Positions 23,014 through 33,660 of a DNA stretch of 64,000 nucleotides are shown one piece after another. Made by a program: the position numbers and the translations under genes. Location: NCBI GenBank assembly GCA_964252035.1, contig OZ176203.1; one strand, given 5' to 3'. Source of the stretch: Podarcis erhardii (lineage: Eukaryota). Each line of letters opens with the position of its first letter. The first letter of the stretch is position 1. The notes beneath the pieces were generated by a model that worked only from the letters and a program-made list of their open reading frames with translations, did not search any database and had not been told where the DNA came from.

Positions 23014-25161
23014 CAGTGGTGCCCCACAAGACGAAATTAATTCGTTCCGCAATTTTTGTCATCTAGCGAATTTTTCGTCTTGCGAAGCACGAAATCCCAT
23101 AGGAATGCATTGAAAATCAATTAATGCGTTCCTATGGTCAAAAAAAGTCCAAACAAAGCCAAATTTGGTACAACAACAGTTTATTAACTGCTCTTTAAAG
23201 TCACACATACTGTAAAGAGCAGTTCAAAAATTGAAGGGAAAATAAATTAACTTTATAAACATGACAGAAAAACATTTAAAAATCAACAAAGTGTACAGTA
23301 CATTTTCTAAGACTCTGGGGGACCACTCGAAGAAGGCTCCTCTTCCACTCTTTGCTTCTTGGTCAAGAACCTGTCCATAGTCTGCTGCTTTATCCGCCTT
23401 TTCAGCAGCTCCCTGAAAGACGACATGACCCTCGTATCATAAAAGTTCCCAGCGTCATGTGCCACGTGCTTCTCATGGTGGTGTAGATCTGCAAAAGTCT
23501 GCACCTCCTTCCACTTCTGGCAAATGTCCCTCAGTCTTTCGGAGGACAGCCGTTCCTCAGTTGCTTCCTCCTCTTCCAGTGAGGCCTGCTCCTGCGCAGC
23601 CTCTGCCTGCAGAACGTAGCCCTCCGTCGTCACAACCTCCAGGAACTCCGCTGCAAAGTCTTCAGCCGCAGGAACATCAGAACTGGCAGCCTCTCCATGC
23701 CTGACCACACTGTGGATGCCAGATCTTGTCTTGAACCGGTCAAACCAACCTCTGCTAGCCTTGAAGACTTCTGGCTCGGCTGAGGTTCCTGGCTGTTCCC
23801 GGATGAGGTCAGCGTGCAAGGCCTTGGCCTTCTCACAAATGACGGCCTCAGACACTGTGTCCCCTGCACGCTGCTTCTCTTCTATCCAGATGAGCAGCAA
23901 CTTCTCGACCTCCTCCAGGACAGCTGGGCGGTTCTTCACGATCCTGGTGACTCCCTTGGCTGCATCAGTCGCCAGGATCTTCTCCCTCATCTTCAGGATG
24001 GTCCCGATGGTCGATGGGTTCCTGCCGTACTCCCTGGCGATGTCCGTCACACGCATTCCGCCGTCGTGCTTCCAGATGATCTCCTTCATTTCCAGCGTCA
24101 CCTTCTCCTTCTTCCTCTCGCCGGCCACCGCAGCAGCAGTCTTCTTGGGTCCCATGGCAGCACAGCTCCTACCTTCGTAAACTCAGAAACAGAAAAAAAA
24201 ATCAGTGATGTGCTTCAAACCCAAAAAATACAAAAGCAGCCAGCCACCCACCACACAGAAATTAAAACCCAGAACCAAGGCCTTGAATCCCAAGCACCCC
24301 AACCCCAAATCCAAAATCCAAACCCCCCCAAAAAAGTTTTAAAAGTTTAGCTTACCAAATGGATGAAAGAGAAGTTCTGGAAAAGCTTCAACAATCAACC
24401 ACCGACGTCCTCAGAAACCTCAAATGGCTGCAAAATAAGTTTAGGAAAAGCTTCAAAAATCACCAATGTCTTCAAAAACCTCAACTGCTCCCACAGACAC
24501 GCACCAACCCACCCACAACACAGAAATTGCAAACCCCTCCCCAACTGCTCCCCCAGCCCCTCCCCAACTGCTGCAAACCCCTCCCCAACTGCTTCCCCAC
24601 CCAGACAAAAAAAAATTTCAAAAAATAACAACATGGCCAGCACTCAGAAATTCAAACTCAGAAAATTTTTCAAAAAAAATCAACCTGGCTCAGTGGTCAC
24701 AGAAAATCATAAAAATTCCCAAAAAAGGCCCACAAGCCCCCAGATTATCGCAAACCCCTTCCCAACACCAAGTCCTTGAATCCCAAACACCCCAACCCAA
24801 AATCCAAAACCCCCCAAAAAAGTTTTAAAAGTTTAACTTACCAAATGGATGAAAGAGAAGTTCTGGAAAAGTTCTGGAAAAGTTTTGGAAAATCTTCAAA
24901 AGTGAGCAAAGTCTGAGAAAAGGCTACCAAACCACGTGCTAACAGTTGCTCCTCGAAGTCAAGTCGCAACTGCAGCTGCTCAAGCTAAGCACCCTTGGTT
25001 TTAACGGTTTTTACACAAAGGAAACAAAGCCGCGAGACGTTTTCGTTTTGCGAAGCAAGCCCATAGGGGAATTCGTCTTGCGAGGCAAATCGCGGGCGAA
25101 AAAACCTTTCGTCTAGCGAGTTTTTTGTCTTGCGAGGCATTCGTCTTGCGGGGCACTACTG
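23014..25161 (-). mobile_element. pogo/Tigger-family (Tc1/mariner) DNA transposon, internally deleted
   Basis: TIRs CAGTGGTGCCCCACAAGACGAA / TTCGTCTTGCGGGGCACTACTG (20 of 22 match), TA on both sides, transposase-derived ORF inside. Confidence 0.92.
23307..24155 (-). CDS. Transposase-derived ORF, 282 aa: CENP-B-type bipartite HTH DNA-binding region fused to the acidic C-terminal tail; no DDE domain
   Basis: DIAREYGRNPSTIGTILK, LEEVEKLLLIWI, ICEKAKAL, FKASRGWFDRFK, HGEAAS motifs. After EGYVLQ the expected FNxDETG DDE start is absent. Expression unproven. Confidence 0.7.
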   Translation of the reverse strand: MGPKKTAAAVAGERKKEKVTLEMKEIIWKHDGGMRVTDIAREYGRNPSTIGTILKMREKILATDAAKGVTRIVKNRPAVLEEVEKLLLIWIEEKQRAGDTVSEAVICEKAKALHADLIREQPGTSAEPEVFKASRGWFDRFKTRSGIHSVVRHGEAASSDVPAAEDFAAEFLEVVTTEGYVLQAEAAQEQASLEEEEATEERLSSERLRDICQKWKEVQTFADLHHHEKHVAHDAGNFYDTRVMSSFRELLKRRIKQQTMDRFLTKKQRVEEEPSSSGPPES

Positions 25162-25253
25162 TATTGCCTCATAAGAAATGGTTTTAAATTGGGTGAATTG
25201 AATGGGTGGGGGTTGGGGTGGAGGAGAGGTGGAAAGAAGAGCTAGGGGACACA

Positions 25254-25550
25254 TTCTTCAGGAAATCAGCCCTGAGTGCTCACTGGAAAGACAGATCCTG
25301 ACGCTGAGGCTCCAATACTTTGGCCACCTCATGAGAAGAGAAGACTCCCTGGAAAAGACCCTGATGTTGGGAAAGATGGAGGGCACAAGGAGAAGGGGAC
25401 GACAGGACGAGATGGTTGGACAGTGTTCTTGAAGCTACCAGCATGAGTTTGACCAAACTGCAGGAGGCAGTGGAAGACAAGAGTGCCTGGCGTGCTGTGG
25501 TCCATGGGGTCACAAAGAGTCGGACACGACTAAATGACTAAACAACAACA
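25254..25550 (+). mobile_element. 5'-truncated BovB/RTE-type LINE 3' end
   Basis: LKLQYFGHLMRREDSLEKTLMLGK-like remnant, CATGGGGTCACAAAGAGTCGGACACGACT, (AAC)n tail; 10-bp TSD aggggacaca (25244-25253, 25551-25560). Confidence 0.92.
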
Positions 25551-25590
25551 AGGGGACACAATCTGGACGGTTCTGCCAGGGGCGCAAGAT

Positions 25591-27029
25591 CATAGAATCA
25601 TAGAATCATAGAGTTGGAAGAGACCACAAGGGCCATCGAGTCCAACCCCCTGCCAAGCAGGAAACACCATCAGAGCACTCCTGACATATGGTTGTCAAGC
25701 CTCTGCTTAAAGACCTCCAAAGAAGGAGACTCCACCACACTCCTTGGCAGCAAATTCCACTGTCAAACAGCTCTTACTGTCAGGAAGTTCTTCCTAATGT
25801 TTAGGTGGAATCTTTTTTCTTGTAGTTTGGAACCATTGCTCCGTGTCCGCTTCTCTGGAGCAGCAGAAAACAACCTTTCTCCCTCCTCTATGTGACATCC
25901 TTTTATATATTTGAACATGGCTATCATATCACCCCTTAACCTCCTCTTCTCCAGGCTAAACATGCCCAGCTCCCTTAGCCGTTCCTCATAAGGCATCGTT
26001 TCCAGGCCTTTGACCATTTTGGTTGCCCTCCTCTGGACACGTTCCAGTTTGTCAGTGTCCTTCTTGAACTGTGGTGCCCAGAACTGGACACAGTACTCCA
26101 GGTGAGGTCTGACCAGAGCAAAATACAGTGGCACTATTACTTCCCTTGATCTAGATGCAATACTCCTATTGATGCAGCCCAGAATTGCATTGGCTTTTTT
26201 AGCTGCCGTGTCACACTGTTGGCTCATGTCAAGTTTGTGGTCAACCAAGACTCCTAGATCCTTTTCACATGTACTGCTCTCAAGCCAGGTGTCACCCATC
26301 TTGTATTTGTGCCTCTCATTTTTTTTGCCCAAGTGCAATACTTTACATTTCTCCCTATTAAAATTCATCTTGTTTGTTTTGGCCCAGTTCTCTAATCTGT
26401 CAAGGTCGTTTTGAAGTGTGATCCTGTCCTCTGGGGTGTTAGCCACCCCTCCCAGTTTGGTGTCATCTGCAAATTTGATCAGGATGCCCTTGAGTCCATC
26501 ATCCAAGTCGTTGATAAAGATGTTGAATAAGACCGGGCCCAAGACAGAACCCTGTGGCACCCCACTAGTCACTCTTCTCCAGGATGAAGAGGAACCATTG
26601 ATGAGCACCCTTTGGGTTCGGTCAGTCAGCCAGTTACAAATCCACTGAGTGGTAGCATAGTCAAGTCCACATTTTACCAGCTTCTTTACAAGAATATCAT
26701 GGGGCACCTTGTCAAATGCCTTGCTGAAATCAAGGTAGGCTACATCCACTGCGTTCCCTTCATCTACCAGGCTTGTAATTCTGTCAAAAAACGAGATCAG
26801 GTTAGTCTGACACGACTTATTTTTCAGAAATCCATGCTGACTATTGGTGATCACAGTATTCCTTTCTAGGTGCTCACAGACTGTTTGCTTAATGATCTGC
26901 TCCAGAATCTTCCCTGGTAATGATGTCAGACTGACTGGGCGGTAATTATTTGGGTCCTCTCTTTTCCGCTTTTTGAAAATAGGGACAACATTTGCCCTCC
27001 TCCAGTCTGCCGGGACTTCGCCTGTTCTT
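25591..27029 (-). mobile_element. 5'-truncated CR1 LINE with nearly intact ORF2 reverse transcriptase region
   Basis: [39 protein letters not shown] motifs; (ATTCTATG)n 3' tail; one premature TGA at 25765-25763. Confidence 0.95.
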
Positions 27030-28186
27030 CGCTAGATCACCTAGCTACGGCTCTGCTCCCATCATCCCTGACTCTGACTACTGGTCATGCTGGCTTGAAC
27101 TGATGGGAGCTGGATTCTATAACAATAGCTGAAAGGCCATAGCGCCCCCTCCCCATTGTTTGTTCCTATACCACTTCCTGCCAAATAGGCTTTCTATTAC
27201 AATTCTTAAACAACACCGTGTAAATTAATTTGACCTCCTCTTCTATATTACTGCCTGCCTTTCTCAGGAGATCATTCACAGATGTTCATCAGGTAACATC
27301 TCATTCAGGTGAGCTGATGATGTACATCTGCATATGACCTTAAAAAGTCAGGCACAGATGCACAGGTAGAGATCAAAGTTTATTATATGGTGCTGTTTTA
27401 AGTTTGCAACGGATGGAAGGCTGCTGCTAAATTGATAGTCTGGGTGCATGCAGGGCAGGTCCAAGACATTTTTCTGCCCTAGGCAAAGGGCACAATTGGC
27501 TCCCTACCCCATTCCACGTAGAAGAGTCACCGTCAACAGTGGGGATGGGATTGCATCTTCCACTGCAACTGGGGCTGCAGGGTAGTTTAGCAGGGCCAAT
27601 GCACACATGTAATACACATAGCTCTGTCTTCCAGCAGAGTGGAATGGCTAGGATGCTTCAGAAGAACAGCCAGGGAGCCCCAACTGCCGCCCTCCCAGCA
27701 GCTGCTGCTTGAAGCGGTTGCCTCATTTTGCCCAATGGCAGAGCCGGCCCTGCAGATACGTCTGGTACAGATGCTGGAATTGTAAATGGTCGTTTAACAA
27801 AGGAAAATCACATACCACAGGAGTGAATTGGCATCTCCACCAGTAGCATACATAGTGTTCGTGGTCGGTGGTGCAGGCAGTGGCACTTACCTGACCTGTC
27901 ACTGATGTTGCTTTGAATTACCAGGAGAGAAAGGAGGAGGATTGAGACGGCGACCAGTTTGGGGCAGTGCAAACACACTGGCAAAATGGTTGTATTGGCT
28001 CTGCCAGTGCATCTCCACTGTGCTGACCCCACTGCTGCCTTGCCTCTCTCTCTTGCTCCTGCATGTGTTGCCATTCTGCCCTGCTGACAGCTACTCATAC
28101 ATAGTGATTTGTTAGCAGTTTGTAAGTAAGTCAGAATATATATCTTGTCATGTAATAAGTGGCTGTGGGGTTGCTCATGTCAGAAA

Positions 28187-28380
28187 GGCCGTAGCTCAGT
28201 GTTAGAGCATCTGACTTGCAAGCAGAAGGTCACAATCCCTGGCATTTCTAGTAGGTTTGGAACAGACTCCTGTCTGAAAACCTGGAGATCCGCTGCCAAT
28301 CAGTGTAGATAGTACTACGTTAGATGCACCAAAGTTCTGACTTCCCATGTCCCATAAGGCAACTTCCCATGTTCCTATTT
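28187..28380 (+). mobile_element. Old tRNA-derived SINE; related copies near 17380, 21460, 31940, 37385, 47080 and 59345
   Basis: A-box-like TAGCTCAGTGTTAGAGC head followed by the shared CCTGTCTGAAAACCTGGAGA...GTCAGTGTAGA...TAAGGCAACTTCC body. Confidence 0.65.
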
Positions 28381-29356
28381 CCTGTAATTGGGTAGAATTA
28401 AAGTGGTTCAAAGCAGACCAGAAATTATTGTGTCATTCAGGCCGGGACACATCAGTGCTCAGGAGAACATACCTGCAATGCATGGCTGTCCTGAAAATGT
28501 GAAATAATAATCTTTGCTCATGTGCAGAGTACACCACACCAGATTAATCATAATAAACTTCTTGTGTCTCAGATGACAGAGAATTATCTCCCAGCTGTGG
28601 GGAAGGATCTGGATACAGACAGGCATAGAGTCCAAACTTTACATTTTAGAAATTTACTGAAAAATCACAAAAAAGCAAGCAAGAAATAATAGCAGGATTT
28701 TCCTCCATTTCTCATTCAATAAATTTTGAACTTAAGTTAGGGGAGAGACTTGCTGGAAGCGGACCCACACACATTTTTTTGAAAATACTCTGGAGTCCAA
28801 GGGTATGTTCTGGTGAGAGGGCCAGAGAGGGCCACATTTGATGTTGATGATTTCCATATCTGAAGCTGTCATCATGAACCAAACATCATCTGACATCCAC
28901 TTCAAAATTCCAACCATTTGATGGAGGCCACTCAACACAGCTAGGACCAAGTCACCAGAGGAAAAGTCATTGAGTTATGGGATGTTGTGCAACACACATG
29001 CATGCCTGAATCGGCTGTGTTGTACTGTCACAGCGCAGGTTACTCATTAATTGCACCGTAATTAATGCTTCATTCTTTCTTCATCACTTGCTTCGATGAG
29101 GAATGCAATTAGTGCCAACATCCAAAGTGCCAAGATTGACCCAGCAACCAGTGAAATGAGCAAGGAAGTACTTAGTCTAGAGGTTGGTTCCAGAACGAAT
29201 CCAGAACTAGACATAAACCATTCATACTTTCTCTGCTGTCATGGGCCCTACCACAGTGCAAGATTCTCTGTGAACAAAAGAATCATTATTTTTTAAAAGT
29301 CCCAGCAGATGCTTGGCATATAGTACTTTGTTTATTTCATTCATTTATATCAAGGA

Positions 29357-29677
29357 GGGACGTGGGTGGCACTGTGGGTTAAACCACAGCGCCTAGGACT
29401 TGCCGATCAGAAGGTCGGCGGTTCAAATCCCAGCGACAGGGTGAGCTCCCGTTGCTCTGTCCCAGCTCCTGCCAACCTAGCAGTTTGAAAGCACGTCAAA
29501 GGTAAATGGAGTTTCTGTGCGCTGCTTTGGTTCGCCAGAAGCGGCTTAGTCATGCTGGCCACATGACCCGGAAGCTGTATGCCGACTCCCTCGGCCAATA
29601 AAGCGAGATGAGCGCCGCAGCCCCAGAGTCAGTCACGACTGGACCTAATGGTCAGGGGTCCCTTTACCTTTACCTTT
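29357..29677 (+). mobile_element. Sauria SINE
   Basis: Homologous to the other copies; ends in a (CCTTTA)n tail. Confidence 0.9.
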
Positions 29678-31169
29678 CCCAACCTTCTGAGTTCGTCAAC
29701 CCCTTAATGAGCTGATAAATTTGTTGTTGACCCCAACCCAAATTCTTAGGAATGAAAAGCCAAGAAGTATCACTATCTAATCGACATTGATAATCACCCA
29801 CCATCATAAGCAGGAATCATAATATAGAACAAATAAGCAAAGCAGTTGTATTGTGGAACCATCCTATTAAATACAGGCAGTTCTCATTGCCAATAGAGGT
29901 GCACTCTGTACATACCTATGCTCTTTATTCATGACAAAACATTTTGGCACCTGAGGTGAACCACAGAATTGCACCTTCCTCTCACCAGGGAAGAAAGGGT
30001 GGGGAAAGATCTACGTCAGGAATGAGGGAGGGATAAAAATATACATTAGGATCTGCTGCCTGAGGCAGTCACCTTACCAGACCTTATGGTTGGGCCGGCC
30101 CTGTTCCTGAGATACATAGTTCCTAATTAAATTATTCACACTATACATCATAAACATTTTCCCCATTTTGGCCCCCCTTCAACCTCTAGGTCTTTCTTCA
30201 CCCCTGCGCAGCTCTATTGACCACAGGGGGCCAAGCCTGACCACTTTGGGAAATGCTGATTTAGAGCACTTGACCCTACTTTTCAGCCCAAAAGCCTCAC
30301 AGTGAGGCTTACAAGCAATGAATTAAATTAGGGCATGTTAAATTTATCAACTTTTGAATTCCGAACAGGCCGGGTGCTGAAAAGTTGTAATATGGCTTGG
30401 GAATTCAAAATATATTCTGGTTAAACTAAATTACTGTGGTTTTGCTTTGTAAGTAAAATTGCACAGAAATCATTAAAATAATTGCCAGTTTTGCAGTTAT
30501 GATGATGATGTCGCAGCATTACCTGACATTTTCAGAAGGTAAAATTAAAATCCTTTGGTTTCCCAAAAGCAGTTTATGTGCTTCTTCATCAGATGTAGAC
30601 TCACCAAGCTAAATGTTGTTCGGTCACTCAAATAATAGCAATTTGAATTCTTCTCCTGCAAGAACTTATAAACAATATAGTCTCTGCCTGCACACACACC
30701 TCACAAAAGGAAAAGCGGATCGGGAGGACTGCAAGGGGGTGGGGAGCAAAGTCAACTCTAGTTTACCCTTCAGTTACAGTTCCCCGCAACCCTTAATGAA
30801 CTACAGTGCCCCTAATTCTTTGAGGGTGAGAATGTGCTCTGGTTGTGCCTTAACGGTATAGAAAGCAATCTCATGCACAAGAAGCTTGTGTGAAGCAAAC
30901 TGGTGTAAGTTAAACCTGCGTAAAGTTATGCCAGATTCAGCAGCAAGGTGGCTGCGGTTGCTCTGCCCAAGTCTAGCAGATGGAAAACAAGCCTTTAAAA
31001 CAGTGTTCTTAGGTTGCCAGGCCATGTGAGCATGCTGAATGGTTTTAGGATCCAGCTTAAATCCCTGCTTTCTGGTTCTGCCCCTCTGAATGTTCCTTTT
31101 TGGGGGACTTCCACCAGCCTTGGCTCAGCCAGGCTTGCTGAGCCCCAGGTGAACAAGTTACGCAGATGT

Positions 31170-31560
31170 GTTGTTGTTGTTGTTGTTTAGTCGTTTAGTC
31201 GTGTCCGACTCTTTGTGACCCCATGGACCAGAGCATGCCAGGCACTCCTGTCTTCCACTGCCTCCCGCAGTTTGGTCAGACTCATGTTTGTAGCTTCCAG
31301 AACACTGTCTAACCATCTCGTCCTCTGTCATCCCCTTCTGGGGACATCAGGGTCTTTTCCAGGGAGTCTTCTCCTCATGAGTGGCCAAAGTACTGGAACC
31401 TCAGCTTCAGGATCTGTCCTTCCAGTGAGCACTCAGGGCTGATTTCCTTAAGAATAGATAAGTTTGATCTTCTTGCAGTCCATGGGACTCTCAAGAGTCT
31501 CCTCCAGCACCAGAATTCAAAAGCATCAATTCTTCGGCGATCACCCTTCTTTATAGTCCA
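31170..31560 (-). mobile_element. BovB/RTE-type LINE 3' fragment
   Basis: Reverse-complement homolog of 25254-25550 with a (TTG)n tail; diverged TSD candidate gttacgcagatgt / gatacgctgatgt. Confidence 0.88.
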
Positions 31561-32051
31561 CCATAAAGATACGCTGATGTATCTTTAGCTTAACCAGGGT
31601 TCGGGATTCAACACCAGCTGAACCAGGGGTGAGTGGACTGAGCCAGAGACCCACCACATCCTAAGCAGCTCATCCCAGCACAACGTGCGATAGGATTTGC
31701 ACACACACACACACACACACACACCAATCCTGGGAACTGTAGTTTGTTAAGGGTGCTGGGAATTGTAGCTCCGGTGAGGGGGAAACTACAGTTCACATTT
31801 TCTTTGAGATGGGTGGGAGATGCGCTTTAAATGTATGGTGCATACACAGCATTTTGAGGTTCATAATGGATAGGGCGCAGAGTGAAATAAAAAATAAACG
31901 ATCCCAGCCCTAATACTGGGGGATGGCTTGCAGCCCAGTATTATATTGCATGCTTTGCAAGCAGAAGGTCCCACGTTCTAGCCACCTCTAGATTGAACTG
32001 GGAGAGATCCCTGTCTGAAACCTTGGAGAGGTGCTGTCTGTCAGTGTAGAC

Positions 32052-32301
32052 CAGCGGTCAGCAACCTTTTTCAGCCATGGGCCGGTCCACCGTCCCTCAG
32101 ACCATGTGGTGGGCTGGACTATATTTTTTTTTTGGGGGGGGGGGAAATGAACGACTTCCTATGCCGCACAAATAACCCAGAGATGCATTTTAAATAAAAG
32201 TACTCATGTAAAAACAGGCTGATTCCCAGACCGTCCCTGGGCCGGATTGAGAAGGCGATTGGGCTGCATCCGGCCCACGGGCCTTAGGTTGCCTACCCCT
32301 G
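32052..32301. mobile_element. hAT-type MITE nested in an older tRNA-derived SINE
   Basis: TIR-like ends CAGCGGTCAGCAACCT / AGGTTGCCTACCCCTG; perfect 8-bp TSD gtgtagac (32044-32051, 32302-32309). Confidence 0.9.
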
Positions 32302-32379
32302 GTGTAGACAATACAAAGCTTGATGGACTTAGACAGCTACCTCGGTTTAAGGCAGCTTCCTTAGTAGAATCCTTTTACG

Positions 32380-33660
32380 TCGCGGCCCCAAGCAGCTGAT
32401 TTCAGGTTTCATGCAAGAGCAGCAAACTGCTACTTATTTACTTTATTATAATTATTGTACTTTTATAACCTGGACAAGGGAAAAGGCTCCTGGCTGTGCG
32501 ATTTTCTCCCTCGGGTGCCAAAGCACCTTCTCCAGCCTTGGGCCACCTTGACTTTGATGGGGGGATGGGCATTTTGCGGCTCAGCCACTGCACGCAAAAC
32601 CCGCGCGCTGCTGCTGCTGCTGCTGCGTAAAACCCCCTCCCTGTGACCCGCTGGCTGGAGAAGGGCGTCGCAAGCGCGCCATGATCGGCTTAGCCGGAGC
32701 CACCGACCCGCTGCAGCCTCGTCTCTCTTTCCCCCTAAGTGGCTGGAAGGCCGGGCTGGCCGGGTGCTGCATGGGGGCGCGGGGAGGAGGTTCTGGCCGA
32801 GCCACCCGAAAGGCGCGCTGCTGGGGATCCCCACTGCAATGCGGTCCTCTCTCCACCCATCCTCTCTCTTCCTCTCCCTCCGCCTGACACCAGCCGTGGC
32901 CCGGAGCCAAAAAAAGAGAGGAAGATAGCCTGGCGCTGATCGAGTGACGTAAGGGAGGCAATAACTCGGGCTATTTCTTCCTCCCCTCCCCTTCCTTCCT
33001 CCCTCTTCCCGATCGGCGGCCTGCACGCCTCTGAGCGCGTGCAGAGCGCCCATTTTCGCTTTTGCGGCGTGTGTCACCACGTGTTGGCGCTGCGCGCGGA
33101 AAGGCTCCTCGCGCCTGCCTGCGGTTTCGGGTTTCACTTCCCTCCTTTAAAGGCTGCGCCGCGCGCCCAGGCGCGCACACCCGCACACCCGCGCGCCTCT
33201 GTCGCCGCAGCGTCTGCTCTCGCCCTTTCCCCCCCGCTGCCAAGAAGAGCCAAGCGGATCGCATCCTCTCCTCGCCCGGGAGAAACTTCAGGCAATCCTC
33301 GGCGCGGCGCAGGAAAGATGCGGACCTCGCTGCCTCTGCTGGCGGCCGTGGCGCTGGCCTTGGCCGGCTGGGCGCAGGGCGAGGTGGTGGCCACGAAGGG
33401 AGGAGAAGAAGCCGCGGGCTTCGGAGACTGCGACGGCTTCTTCTACCAGCGGACGCCTCCCGAGGGGCTCCCGGGGCAGCCCGGGGATCAGCACGTGAAG
33501 ATCTGCCAGAAATACAACCAAGAGCCGCGCTTCGCCACCCTCTACAGCACGCGGGACAGGATCCCCCTTTACGCGGCTTTTCTGTACACGGGAGGCGGCC
33601 AGAGCGGGGAAGAGAGATGGCTGGTGGAGCCGCAGGTGAGGAGGGAAGCGGCGGGTGGTA
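32380..33660 (+). promoter_or_regulatory. CpG island promoter and exon 1 region of ENDOD1
   Basis: GC/CpG-rich block ending at the exon 1 donor; TGACGTAA 32945-32952, CACGTG 33078-33083, TTTAAA 33146-33151. Confidence 0.85.
33318..33635 (+). CDS. ENDOD1: ENDOD1 exon 1 (signal peptide MRTSLPLLAAVALALAGWAQG plus start of the NUC domain, ending ERWLVEPQ)
   Basis: Hydrophobic signal peptide; CDGFFYQRTPPEG, ICQKY, FATLYSTRDRIPLY motifs; CAG|GTGAGG donor; 318 nt, phase 0. Confidence 0.95.

Noticed and set aside
23459-24828. Plus-strand ORFs over the Tigger element
   Set aside because: Antisense shadows of the transposase ORF and A/C-rich leader repeats.
28187-28260. tRNA-like sequences here and near 21460, 37385 and 59345
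   Set aside because: Degenerate SINE heads without a complete cloverleaf and continuing into a shared SINE body.
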